From: Octopus bimaculoides
Taxonomy: Eukaryota
Assembly (NCBI RefSeq): GCF_001194135.2
Contig: NC_069004.1
Coordinates: 14,382,041-14,446,040 of the forward strand
DNA: 64,000 nt
Reading direction: 5' to 3'
The notes beneath the pieces are model-generated. The model searched no databases and was not told the origin of the DNA. It saw nothing but the letters and a program-made list of their open reading frames with translations. This document shows, piece by piece, positions 1-12,479 of the stretch. The position numbers and the translations under genes were made by a program. Positions within the stretch are counted from its first letter, which is position 1. Each line of letters begins with the position of its first letter.

Positions 1-97
1 CAGAAATCAACTCCAGGACTTATTCTTTGCAAGCCTACTACTTATTCTATCGGTCTCTTTTGCCGAACCACTAAATTTCAGGGACATAAACACAGTC
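1..97 (-). mobile_element. Fragment of SINE family B (3' part), cut by the window edge
   Basis: Matches the reverse-strand 3' half of the copies at 12480-12848 and 32595-33030 (ggacttattctttg..agcctagtacttattctatcggtctcttttgccgaacc). Confidence 0.85.
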
Positions 98-104
98 TAC
101 TGTT

Positions 105-217
105 GCTTTCATCCTTTTGGGGGTAGATAGAATAAATACCAGTGGAGTACTGGGGGTCGATGTAATTGACTCACCCCCTCCTCCAAAACTGCTGACCTTG
201 GGCCAAAATTTGAAGCC
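105..217 (+). mobile_element. 3' half of SINE family A (central domain gcctttcatcctttcggggtcgataaaataagtacc-like)
   Basis: Same sequence as the 3' halves of the copies at 8005-8215 and 22485-22700. Confidence 0.8.
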
Positions 218-608
218 ATTATCATTATCTTTCTTTTCTTTTAATCTGCATATTTGGTGCAATCAGTTACCAGTGCCCTTGGGCAAGTGAAGGTTAAAAG
301 TGAAAACACCCAGCACCCTAGAGAAAGTGAAGGTTAAAAGATGCTGAAAGCTCGAGGAGAGAAAGTGGGGAGGGTGGTACAGAAATACCTTCATATAATA
401 CAACACAAATCTTTAAATTGATAGGGTTTTTCTAAGAATCTGGGCAGTACTTATCAGCACAATCTTTTGGATTTCTCTGAGATATGGTTCTCCTGGGATG
501 TTGTCTTGATGTTTCTGACATCCCTTTTTAATCATATATAGGGCACCTACAATAACAGGAACATGTTTTAAGATGCCACATCTTTTGTATTTCAATTTCC
601 AGTTTCCA
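218..608 (-). mobile_element. 5'-truncated R4/Dong-like non-LTR retrotransposon, 3' end (RLE C-terminus plus 3'UTR)
   Basis: Minus-strand translation LEIEIQKMWHLKT (frameshift) VPVIVGAL..EIQKIVLISTAQILRKTLSI*, the typical RLE C-terminus. Bounded by (TAA)n-like tracts. Confidence 0.8.
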
Positions 609-1265
609 TTTATTATTATTATTATTATTCCTTCATAACACAGTGTAGGTAAAAATGCATCAGAGTCTTTAGCCATTAGTCAATTCACAACAAGGACCTC
701 AGATAGAAAATATTTTCTTCAAGATGAGCACTGTGCCCAATAAGGCTGCTTTTTGCAAGACATCAATCATGCAAGAAGTCTTGAAGTTTCAATGGGATTT
801 AGCCCAACGCTCCCATCACAACTGGTATCACTTTTACATTATCCTCTCGCATTCCATACAGTCTTGCCATTTCCACTTTCAATTCGGAGTACTTGAGAAT
901 TTTTTTCAACCTCTTTACTCACAACATTCATGTCATTTGTTGTGGCTACATCAATGATCTGACAGTACTTGTCTCTCTTATTCAATATGACAATATCTGG
1001 CTGATAGTGTTCAATTACACGATCCATCTGAAAATCATAGTCTCAGAGTATCATTACTTCTCCATCTTCCTGCATAACTTTACTTGGTACTTGCTCATAC
1101 CAGTTCTCTGTTACTTCATATTGGTATTTATGGCATAAGAGCCAATGAAGATACACACACACTTTATTTTAGCGGTGCTTGTATTCTTTTTGTGCAAGGC
1201 TCTCACATCTGCTTACCAAGTGAGTCACATTTTTCATACTCTTTCCACTGAGTCCGTATTTCTGG

Positions 1266-1266
<1 letters not shown>
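609..1266 (-). mobile_element. 5'-truncated R4/Dong-like retrotransposon: zinc-knuckle remnant, PD-(D/E)xK restriction-like endonuclease, (TAA)n tail
   Basis: THLVSRCESLAQKEYKHR..HWLLCHKY..WYEQVP..IL*DYDFQMDRVIEHYQPDIVILNKRDKYCQIIDVA..KEVEK (frameshift) ILKYSELKVEMARLY..VIPVVMGALG*..LQKAALLGTVLILKKIFSI*. Has stops and frameshifts; (TAA)n at 609-629. Confidence 0.9.
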
Positions 1267-1526
<260 letters not shown>

Positions 1527-2400
1527 GACACGCTTTGTCTTCCTTTAATGGAAATGGATTTTTTCCATGTTTACTGAATGAAAGTTCCTTTTGCCGATTA
1601 TGCTCAAGCAGGCAACCTTATGAAAGTACAAAGAGTATCCAGATCCCTTGGGGTAGACAAAAAGTTTTGTCTTTTAAACATTTATCTAATTTTAAGAAAT
1701 ATTTGTTTATTCACAAATTCTTAAAGAGGAATTCTTCTTCATCTGTAGTCATGGTAAGAGGAGGTAATATCAAAAGAAAAGAAGCACCACAGATCACAGC
1801 ACCAAATTTTTTTTAAAAAGAAATTGTTGAAAATTGTGAAAACAAAAACAGAGGCTGTAAAAAATGACACACACACACACACACACACTTTCATAATGTA
1901 CTCTAAAACACACACACGCACACATATATATAAATGTAAAATTATGGCATTTAAACAAACAGATGCAATTACAAAGACAAACACAAACATTGGAAAAATA
2001 TACAGAACATATACAAACACACTTGTAATGTAAACACAGATGCTGATGATAGCCAAAAAGAAAAAAAGAAAGGAAAAGAATTTTCACAATGCAGACAACA
2101 AAAACACCTTTACGATGTCTTGAGCCAAGAAGTTTTGAATATGGAATGTTTTCCTGGAAAATAAAAATTGCAAGAAAGCTATGATACAAAAAATTCAGCT
2201 TCTGGGCCTGATGATTTCATTGAAGAAAAGGCAAAGAAAAGAGCAACATAACCCGTGTTCTTAGAAAGTGGAAACACTTTCAATCTGCTCACAAAAGTGA
2301 AATTTCATAAATCTCTTGTCAATGCATTGGAGGAATGCTAGTTTTATGACACGCAGGGTATACAGTATTGTGTGCCTAGTCTTACAAACTGAAGCTATGA

Positions 2401-2630
2401 TTAAACCCTCTAGCATTTAAAATGTCTATATCTGGCCCAAACATTCTACATGTTTTATGTCCAAACTGGTCAGATCTGGCTTCTTGCATCTGTCCTACAA
2501 TATCATTCTAAAAATTAGCAATGACATCATCAAAATCTCAACGTTACAAGATAATGCATGAATAATTCAGCACAATGTAAATAAATAAACGTTATATTTG
2601 ATGAACTAATCTGAGTGCCAAAGAACTAAG
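2401..2630 (+). mobile_element. Degenerate TTAA-type (piggyBac-like) MITE
   Basis: Starts ttaaaccctctagcatttaaa. Body is homologous to 37892-38366 and, inverted, to 54448-54669. Confidence 0.55.
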
Positions 2631-3945
2631 TAACAGTCCCAATCATGTTGAACAGCTGTTGTCACATGTAGGACAAGTCCATCTATTAACTGAGTCAATC
2701 ATAAGGACTGCCTTGTCATGCTCACCTTTAACAAGGTAGGGCAGGTGACGTTACTCTGTCTGGTGGCTAAGGCAAAAATGTAAACTAGAATAATGAATAT
2801 AAATTGCAACAACAAAAATAACAAAACCCCATTTCTTCAAGCACCACCAGCTAAATCTGTAGGGATAACAAAAAAAAAAAAATCTCTTGGCTCTACTGAG
2901 CCTAGATAGATGAGCAAAACCCTCATCTTCTGAGAGTACCAGCCTGTAGTACAGCATTATTATCATATGATGGAGAAGAAATAATTACTGATGAAAAATA
3001 CAACAGGGAAAAACAGAGACAAAATCACTCACAGATAAATCTTAACATTATGCAAGGAAAACATGTGAGGAGGAGCAATTTCTCTGAAACAATAATCAAA
3101 TCTTTCCTCATGACAGTAAAGAAGAAATGGCAGAGAACACAGATGAACTAAGACTCATGATACTTTGGAACTCAAACAACGAGTTAATACACAAAATCAA
3201 GAAGTTTGTCATATATATATATATATATANNNNNNNNNNNNNNNNNNNNNNNNNNNNNNNNNNNNNNNNNNNNNNNNNNNNNNNNNNNNNNNNNNNNNNN
3301 NNNNNNNNNNNNNNNNNNNNNNNNNNNNNNNNNNNNNNNNNNNNNNNNNNNNNNNNNNNNNNNNNNNNNNNNNNNNNNNNNNNNNNNNNNNNNNNNNNNN
3401 NNNNNNNNNNNNNNNNNNNNNNNNNNNNNNNNNNNNNNNNNNNNNNNNNNNNNNNNNNNNNNNNNNNNNNNNNNNNNNNNNNNNNNNNNNNNNNNNNNNN
3501 NNNNNNNNNNNNNNNNNNNNNNNNNNNNNNNNNNNNNNNNNNNNNNNNNNNNNNNNNNNNNNNNNNNNNNNNNNNNNNNNNNNNNNNNNNNNNNNNNNNN
3601 NNNNNNNNNNNNNNNNNNNNNNNNNNNNNNNNNNNNNNNNNNNNNNNNNNNNNNNNNNNNNNNNNNNNNNNNNNNNNNNNNNNNNNNNNNNNNNNNNNNN
3701 NNNNNNNNNNNNNNNNNNNNNNNNNNNNNNNNNNNNNNNNNNNNNNNNNNNNNNNNNNNNNNNNNNNNNNNNNNNNNNNNNNNNNNNNNNNNNNNNNNNN
3801 NNNNNNNNNNNNNNNNNNNNNNNNNNNNNNNNNNNNNNNNNNNNNNNNNNNNNNNNNNNNNNNNNNNNNNNNNNNNNNNNNNNNNNNNNNNNNNNNNNNN
3901 NNNNNNNNNNNNNNNNNNNNNNNNNNNNNNNNNNNNNNATATATG

Positions 3946-3981
<36 letters not shown>

Positions 3982-3992
3982 TATGTATATGT

Positions 3993-4200
3993 TTGTATGT
4001 CTGTGTTTGTTCCCCCACCATCACTTAAGAACCAATGTTGGTGTGTTTATGTCCCCATAACTTAGTGGTTCAGCAAAAGAGACCAATAGAATAAGTACTA
4101 GGCTTACAAAAAAATAAGTCTTGGAGTCGATTTGTTCAACTAAAGGCAGTGCTCCAGCATGGCCAGTCAAATGACTTAAGTAAAAGAATAAAAGATTAAA
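3993..4200 (+). mobile_element. SINE family B, 3' half
   Basis: gtgtttgttccccc..aataagtactaggcttac..gtgctccagcatggcc..gtaaaagaataaaaga, as in the other copies. Confidence 0.85.
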
Positions 4201-4251
4201 AAAAAGAATATATATATATATATATGTATGTGTGCATATATATATATATTT

Positions 4252-4370
4252 GAAGGCTGTTTGTTATGGCCGGTCAGATAGTGGGCATTGGTTTCACACC
4301 TATAAGGCACTTAGCTATATAAGTTCAAAACCAATGGTCACTTTCTGACTGACCATAACAAACAACCTTC
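4252..4370. repeat. ~120-bp imperfect palindrome (MITE-like hairpin)
   Basis: gaaggctgtttgttatggccggtcagatagtgggcattggttt pairs with aaaccaatggtcactttctgactgaccataacaaacaaccttc. Confidence 0.85.
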
Positions 4371-4447
4371 TAAATATTACTACTCTATTGTTTTCGAGTG
4401 TGCTTCCTTTTCAAATATATAAACTACTGAGTGATATATACATATAA

Positions 4448-4482
<35 letters not shown>

Positions 4483-5051
4483 TGGTGTGTGCACCCTTAA
4501 GATTCTGATATGGTCTTCCATATATCATAAAATGTCTCTTTCCCTTTCCTTCACAGTGTCTTCTTTTCTTTTTTTTTATACCCCGCATTAAACACTTATA
4601 ATACAGTGGTGTAGTTTGGGTAGTGAAACCGTAGTATAGTGAAAATTATATTATATTATATTATTGTATTGTATTGTTGATACATGTGTGTGTGTGTGTG
4701 TGTGCATATGTATGCAAACACGTGATATGTATATACAGTAATATACAGTGGGTATTCAAATCTGTTGTGCTAAACATTAAATGAATGAATAGTAGATAAC
4801 AGTCATATTTAATATGAGATCAGAAATAGAAGTAATACATGTATACATATGCAGTATATTGTTGTAAATATACACCAGTCTGTTGAAGTAATATATAGAT
4901 AGATAGATATATACATACATATATACATACATACATACATATATATATATGTATATATATATATATATGTATATAAATATGTATATATANNNNNNNNNNN
5001 NNNNNNNNNNNNNNNNNNNNNNNNNNNNNNNNNNNNNNNNNNNNNNNNNNN

Positions 5052-5084
<33 letters not shown>

Positions 5085-6499
5085 TATATTTGGATTGTGT
5101 GTATTTTGGAGTATTACTTGTTAATGGCTTATTATACAATGTAAAATGAATATAAGCAGCTAGCATACACCAGTTTTACATCAAAGTCACATGTATTGAC
5201 AGTAAATACTTACTAGATACTTTTTCTATCAAAATACTTCTCAAATATTTCCAAATAGTTTAGAAATGTTCAGAATTTGAAAGTGGAGGGGGGGAAAAAA
5301 ACAAAACAAAAATAAAGCAAAAACTGAAAACAAAACCATAAAAATATGAAACCACCAAACAAAGCCCATCCTTCCTCTCTAGAAATTAGACATATTTTTT
5401 GTAACTGTCAATATAGTATTGCACGAAATAAAATCTAGTTAATTTGATATACAACAGACATTTATTTACCGTTTTCATTTTTTGTTTCTTGAATTCAAAC
5501 TTGGACTTATCTTTCTTTTCTCTGGCTTGCTTCTTTACCTTCTGTTTCTATTTTGTCAAACAAAATGTCTGCTTGTTAAATAGTATTCAATAACCTTCCT
5601 CCTTAAAATAGCAAACAACAAAAAATACAGCAATAATAACTCCTGTAACAACAATAAAAAACTAATGGAAAAACTCAGCTTTTCCTCTGCTGTTTGTTTC
5701 ATTGAATTTGTTTCTCTCTATTTTTGTGTGTAATAAATTAGACATTGTTCGAAGATACGACTGAAAGTCTTCTGGCTCAGAGCAAAACAGAGGAATGGGC
5801 TATGTCAATCACACTGTTATGTTCATCAAAGACACCAACATTTGAGAAGAGAAGAAAGTTTCGATATTTTTCTACCTCCCGCATGGGCTCCCTCTGTACA
5901 AACATTTCCTCCTTGAGTTTCAGAATTAATGGTATACAAGAAGTGACTTTATAGCATTTTTGATTGGTACATTAAATTGTTGTCTTATGTTTTTATTGTA
6001 GACTTCCCTTGCACTACCAAGTGCAGTTCAGTGCAACTTAAGTAGTGCAATCTTTTGCTACGACCTTCTATTTCTATTGTATTCAAACTAACAATGTAGC
6101 ACCTTCTGCTACTATTTTCTCTATAGTTGTAACTTCTTGGGTTTTGGTTAAATATGTTTTAAATCTTTCCCATCATACTTAGTATACTATGTACATACTA
6201 ATTGCTAACATGGTAGGATACGTTATTGACTTATAATGCTTTTAATATACTTGGTAGTATATTATGATTGCATAATGAAATGCAGTGTACCTACCAACAA
6301 TTAATGTGTATGTTAAATGATGATGATGATGTGTCAGTTGTCAGGAATGTATTTAATATGTAAAATTGGTATATCCAGTTGTATTACACCACTAAATTTA
6401 GTGGTTATTTGAGCAATGTGTTTGTAGACGACTGATGGGTAGAATGTGATGCTGATGAAAATGCAAGGATTCCTAAAATATATATATATATACACCCAT

Positions 6500-7000
6500 T
6501 ACCTATTCTTTCTATCTTCAGTCACATTGTTTACATAGGCATATTTGTATATGAAATGTAACTCAGAGCTGGTTCTAATTTCTATGGAAAATCTGTGGAG
6601 ATTACTTAGTATAGCTGGAATTGCCTTCATTTTCAGTCCCCGTTTTGGCTATATCTAATATTTACTTCAAGATCTGGATATATATTTTGACAATTTCTCT
6701 ATTTCTTTTGGAAATACATTGTTGGACATTATGATCAATGCTTTGATTCAGAGGTGACTTCCTTTACTGGTTAACCTTGAAAACAACAACTGGTCAGTTT
6801 TCATAGATTTTCTTGTCTGTATGGAACAACACATCCCATACTATGATCTCTTTATCCTTCCCTGAAACATTTCCTGTTGGATTCCATAATGCCAGCATAG
6901 TTTCCTGTATGTGATAGCACCCCACCCCATCTCTGGAGAAGAATTTTCTCTTGGCTAAGAGAGGACAGCCAGAAGCAGTATGGTTGATTATAAGCTTGTT
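6500..7000 (-). mobile_element. Highly decayed R4/Dong-like RLE domain fragment
   Basis: INHTASGCPLLAKRKFFSR..DKEIIVWDVLFHTDKKIYEN*P..KEIEKLSKY..DLEV..MKAIPAIL; many disruptions. Confidence 0.7.
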
Positions 7001-7004
7001 ACAT

Positions 7005-7325
7005 ACTCAAAGATGTTCAAGACATATTTGAACTCTCAAGGAAACCATCCACTGCATTTTGCCATGGAGAAAAATCCTCACTGTAGACAAAACAGTATAA
7101 ATACACCAAGTCAGTTCAAAGCACCTTTTACCTAGATTAATGGATGACTGCATTTCGAAGTACTTACCTTCTTTTCAGCATCAAACATTGGAAATAAAGG
7201 TGACTGAATTGACTACAAGACCAGGATTCTCTTATTAGATTCCACCATAGGGAGAATTTTTCTCCATGACAAAATGTAGTGAATGACTGTCTTATAGGTT
7301 TGAATATGTCTCAGGCATATTCAAA
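7005..7325. mobile_element. Fold-back element (arms ~7005-7090 and ~7245-7325) of a small repeat family
   Basis: The motif atttttctccatggcaaaatgcagtg..aatatgtc is inverted between the arms. Further copies at ~7731-7825 and ~39090-39180. Confidence 0.65.
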
Positions 7326-7429
7326 AACCACTGCTTAACACTTCCAATCGATATTTTACTATGGCCAGGCAGTTGGTTAACACTGTCAATGTATTTTGAT
7401 TGGAATCTAGCCAAAGCGTGGCTGTACTC

Positions 7430-7600
7430 TAGCTGGTCATCTGAACACAGCATATTCTGCAGATCAACTCCCCAGAGACACTGGATGCCTCCCTAAAGAC
7501 CTCCTTCAACTAATGCAGGACTGAGATGGATGGCATGTGTGGGTTAAAAAAATCTCTGAACAAGCTTGACCAGATGATAACGATGATGACGATGACCCTT
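7430..7600 (+). mobile_element. RTE-clade LINE extreme 3' end
   Basis: ..DQLPRDTGCLPKDLLQLMQD*DGWHVWVKKI.. followed by a (GAT)n-like tail. Confidence 0.65.
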
Positions 7601-8004
7601 GTAGTCAGTTCAGAGTTGCCTCTATTTCCAGTGTTTGATGCTGATGATGAGATAACTACTCCAAAATGCATGCCTCCATCGATCTAGGTAGAGGACACAC
7701 TGAATTGACCTGGTGTATTTACATCTTTTTAGTCTACAGCAAAGATTTTTCTCCGTAACAAATTGCAGAGAACGACCTTCTCATGAGTCTGACTCTGTCT
7801 CAGACATATTTCAGACTGGTAACAAGTTTATATTTATATAAATTACTGTTTTGTGCTTCTATCCCAATATAGTCAATTATTTCTCCTCAGTCGCTTCATA
7901 CTCTATGGTTATTTAATGTATACTGCATTTCCACAATCAAGAACCCTTCAGTCTCAATTTTGATTCCTGTACTTCATAGGCAGAGCTGCAATATTACTTT
8001 TTCT

Positions 8005-8215
8005 TTAAGGTGGCAAACTGGCAGAAATAGACGAAATACTTAACGGTATTTCATGTCTTTACGTTCTGAGTTCAAATTCCACTGAAGTTGAGTTTGCTTT
8101 TCATCCTTTTGGGTGGGGGTCAATAAATTAAGTGCCAGTTGCATACTGGGGTCGATCAACTCGACTGGCCCCCTCCCCCAAAATTTCGAGCCTTGTGCCT
8201 AGAGTAGAAAAAAAT
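8005..8215 (+). mobile_element. tRNA-derived SINE family A
   Basis: A-box-like ggcaaactggcagaa, B-box gagttcaaattcc, then the shared central domain. Confidence 0.85.
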
Positions 8216-8692
8216 ATTTCTTTGCCTTTTTCCACCCTTTTCAGTTTTTTTTTTCTGCTATAGACCATTCTCTTGCCATTGTTTTAACCAAACATTTCTT
8301 CCATGCAATTTTTATTGCTTCTCCTTCTTCCTCATAACTGTCCATCACACCAGCCTCTCTTTTCTAATTACTGGCTTCCTTGAAGGCAGAAGACAGTTGT
8401 TTCTTTCCTTCCTGTTTTTGAAACTATCTGTGTGTTCTTCATTGTTATTTATTAGATATTTTTCTTGTCCTACAGTAAATATTTTATAATAGATTTCTTG
8501 TCACCTAACACCACCACTTTTTTGTAATTCATGATAAATATAATCATTCTGTGTACAATTTTGATTTGTGTATTTATTCTCAATGTCACATTTATTTTTC
8601 TGGATTCTCTAAATGATCTTTCTACTTCATCAAGGGTCCACTTAAGAATATTTTATGACTGGGACAGCTGAAATATTAATGCTTAGCTTTTG

Positions 8693-9140
8693 TCTTTTAC
8701 TTGTTTCAGTCATTAGACTGTGGCCATGCTGAAGCATTACTTTGAAGGCTCTCACTCAAACAAAGGGGCCACAGCCTTGAAGGGTTTTCAGTCAAACAAA
8801 TCTCTAAGCCTAGTACTTATTCTATTAGTCTCTTTGCCAAACTGTTAAATTACAGGGATGTAAACAGACCAACACCGGTTGTCAAGTACTAGTGGAGGAC
8901 AAACACAAAGCCAAAGACGTGCAAACACATGCAAACGCACACACACACACATACACGTGTGCTCACACACACATATGTATATAAAGGGCTTCTTTCAGTT
9001 TCCATCTATTAAATCCACTCAAGAGGCTTTGATTGGCCCAGGGCTATAGTAGAAGGCACTGGCCCAAAGTGTCCTGCAGTAGGACTGAGCCTGAAACCAT
9101 GTGGTTGGGGTGTAAGCTTCTTACCACACAGCCATGCCTG
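8693..9140 (-). mobile_element. tRNA-derived SINE family B, near full length, with internal (CA)n
   Basis: Reverse complement of the 12480-12848 type copy. Confidence 0.85.
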
Positions 9141-9158
9141 AACCTATTACTACAATAT

Positions 9159-9222
9159 TTATACATCTTGCTTTTTTCAATTTCAAGATCTTTGTGTTTT
9201 GACAGTTTTTCCATTTCCATCT
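9159..9222 (-). mobile_element. Tiny R4-like RLE remnant
   Basis: MEMEKLSKHKDLEIEKSKMYK resembles the KExEKxxKYxDLxxEI motif. Confidence 0.4.
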
Positions 9223-9828
9223 GGGTAAGATTTTGCTCAAAACAGATTGTAATGTATATAAAAGTTCAGAGGTTTTCATTTCAGTTCTTGATAATTATAT
9301 GTGAACAGAAGAGTGTTGTAGTTCACTTGAAGCATTGTAGTATAGAAGTAGAATAATAAATGAAAAGAGAAATGAAGGAAGCTTCAAACAATACAGAGAT
9401 CAAAGTTGTAAACCCTTCATATATTTTGGCACAAAGGCCCTGATGGGCAGTAACCCCGTTTTCATCTCATATTTTTCAATTTTCCTCTCTGCATTGTTAG
9501 AAGATTTCTTCATTTCCTTTTTCACTTACCATTCTACTTTCACATCTGCGCCATTTATCATGGTCTCCTATGACAGCCTTGTCACGTGTGATTGTGACTG
9601 GGTTGTATGCTTAACAAACATCATCATCCTTATTGTCATCATGTCCTCATTGTTTTAATGTACACATTTCTTGGCTTGTTTAAATCAGGCAGAATTCATT
9701 GAGGCAGATTTTCTATGGCCAGATACCCTTTCTGTAATCAACTATCACATGTTTTTAAACAAGGTTTCATTCCCCAAGACCAGACAATGTTTGGGAGAAA
9801 AGCTAAAAATGAATGACACTGTTTATAT

Positions 9829-10055
9829 CAGTGGTTCCCAACCTGGGGGTCTGCAGAGCCCTGGTGGTTCACAAAGGTAGTACTGGGNNNNNNNNNNNNN
9901 NNNNNNNNNNNNNNNNNNNNNGGGGGGGGGGGGGTCTGTGAACTAAAATCAAATTTCATATATATACATATACATAAGGATAAGCATATTAAAAGAGGTC
10001 AATAAGAAAACTCCTTTAAATAAAAAGGGATGGGAACCACTGTTGGGAACCACTG
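9829..10055. mobile_element. hAT (Charlie-type) MITE
   Basis: Termini CAGTGGTTCCCAACC and GGGAACCACTG (right end duplicated). No clean 8-bp TSD seen. Confidence 0.7.
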
Positions 10056-10168
10056 TGAAAAGGGGGATGCTTGTTTACAGCTATAATGCAATGTTAAAGT
10101 GAGAAGGCACAATCCCATACATGTACATACCCATATACATACATACATACATACATACATACATACAT

Positions 10169-10783
10169 GCATAATGGTAAAAGCTAGAGCCATTCATAAT
10201 GAAAAGGAATACTGGAGGAATGTATCAGTGAAGACCTCAATAAAATGAAAGCACAAGAGACCTGATATAATGATTTGGGATAGAAAAGAGAAACTGTGCA
10301 CAGTTGTGGAAATTAGCTGCCCAGCAGATGCTAACATAAAGTCAAAGATCAGTGAAAAAGAGAACACCTATGCTGAACTATTGAGAAATCTACAGTTACT
10401 CTAGCCAGATTACAAATTCAGGTTTATACCTGCAATTATTGGGGCTCTGGAATATGTAACATACTGCCTAAATACCAATCTTGAGAAATTAGGCTTCTCA
10501 AAACAAGAAAGGAGAAAGCTAATTCGAAGACTACAGATCCAATTCATCAGTGGAGCTGTAAAAATCTGTGAAACTTCCCAGAATTTATCATTTAAACATA
10601 TATGAGCATGTCTAGATATGTAACTATATGCATGAGAATACATACATAAGACATACAAATCTGCACATACATGCATACATACAAAAATACCATGTGGATG
10701 TTGAAATTCCAGTGAAAGATCCACTAGGTTAGAAGCCGGTTCTATCTCTATTGGCAAGAAATCTGGAAATAAACTGAATAATG
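10169..10783 (+). mobile_element. 5'-truncated R4-like RLE retrotransposon, 3' end
   Basis: EKEYWRNVSVKTSIK*KHKRPDIMIWDRKEKLCTVVEISCPADANIKSKISEKENTYAELLRNLQLL*PDYKFRFIPAIIGALEYV..KICETSQN. Flanked by (CATA)n on both sides. Confidence 0.9.
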
Positions 10784-11150
10784 ACATACATACATACATT
10801 TATATATATATATATATAGTAATAACAAGAACTTTTGGATGGAAATTCATAAATCCTTTAATGCATTGGACCATCCCATAAAATTACTCTGGAAGATGTG
10901 AACAATAAGTGGTAGCCAGAATAAATAGCATAAGAGCTTTCATAAGAGCTTTTCAGGATTGCACTCAAAAGCTTTTCACATAAACAAACTTAAAGGATAT
11001 ATATATATATATGTAGTTAAGGTGAGGATGTCTTATCCTTATAAGGGATTATTATATCCAAAATTTCACTAGTTTAATCACTAACACTGTTGAGGAAAGA
11101 CTCTTCGATATGTATGGGATTATTATAAGTATAAATATTATTAAAAAAGT

Positions 11151-11373
11151 GGAATGTAGAGTTGGTAAGGATGTAAAATTAATTCATTAACATACTTCCA
11201 AAATTAAGACAAAATAAAGTCAAATAAAGCCTACATATGTTTCGATTCAGTACCATAAATAATTGCATAATTCAAAAATCGAAATGTACGTAGGCTTTCT
11301 TTGAATTTATTTTGTCTTTATTTTGGAAGTATGTCAATAGATTAATTTTACATCCTTACCAATTCTTCATTCC
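11151..11373. repeat. Fold-back element with ~97-bp arms
   Basis: ttggtaaggatgtaaaattaat..aaagcctacatatgtttcgatt is the inverse of aatcgaaatgtacgtaggcttt..attaattttacatccttaccaa. Confidence 0.9.
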
Positions 11374-12151
11374 TCTTCTATAATCATATGTATATATGTA
11401 GATAGTGTTGATCCCCACTTTAACATGGGTATTCTCTAAGAGATGATGATACTTCAATTTTAACCCCAGGAAGACATCTACAGTTGGTTTATTTAGTGCA
11501 CTTTCCATACTCAATATTTATTGAAAAGTGGGAGTAAACTCCTGCCAGCATACCTTTGAGAATACCAGATATGTGATTTTGATTCTTGAATCTCTTCAGT
11601 GGTGAGCAATCATTTTCCATGCATGGCACTAGTTTATATATATATATATATGATGATGATCACTCCAATCAATTTTTACATATAAGACTTTGAAGAAGAG
11701 GATTTAAGGGGGGAAAAATGAGACAAAGAAACAACACCTTTAAGAATAAAAGAAGAAAAACAGCTGCATCTATTTACGATGAATATGTGAATGTAATTTG
11801 AGTCCAGGGATAGATTTTTCTATGGAGTCAGAATGGGAACAATGATGATTTGGATTTTGTCTGAGATTAGACAAATGTGTCTATTGATTGTGGGATATAA
11901 TTTGTTTACTGTTCTCTTTCTTCAACTCAAATTGTTTTGATGCATCATGACATTTTATACCATGTAGATCAATCTAGGTAATGACTTTCCCTTAGATATC
12001 AAATTTAGCTTTAGAGACTTTTGTGATTGCTTCAACTTGTCTTTACACCTAAGGATGGATCTTCCTTTTCTGTGGTGTCCCTCTACTTATTGGCCATACA
12101 AAAGAATTTTCAGAATGCAGTCATCTTCCATTTGAACATGTCCTACTTATT

Positions 12152-12317
12152 TGTGGTGTCGACGCCCCCAGGCGAAGAAGTAGGATCTCCCAAGACATAT
12201 AAATAGAGGTAGTCTGGCCGTGGTAGGAGTGTTGAGTAGCAGCTGAGTAGCAGTTGTGTAGCGGTTGAGTAGAGATCATCCGAAGGTGCTAGATAGCAGT
12301 AGCGTTGAAACATAACA
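12152..12317 (+). mobile_element. Possible short solo LTR
   Basis: TG...CA ends, GC-richer than the flanks, internal tataaata. No TSD found. Confidence 0.3.
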
Positions 12318-12479
12318 TTGAATTCTGAGTAGCATGCTTTTGATACAGGAGAGATCACATTTTTCTAAGATTTTGACATTTAATATCTTGTCTTGCCATT
12401 TTGTGTTGCAGATATTGTTCAGACAGCATATGTGAACGGTTTCAAGTTTCTTTATATATATAGTCTTTGCATATATAAT

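Noticed and set aside
5745-5954. Non-repeat ORF region; several frames on both strands look protein-like (e.g. EEMFVQREPMREVEKYRNFLLFSN; GYVNHTV, anoctamin-like)
   Set aside because: No recognisable family, stops around the suggestive motif, and no consistent splice pair.
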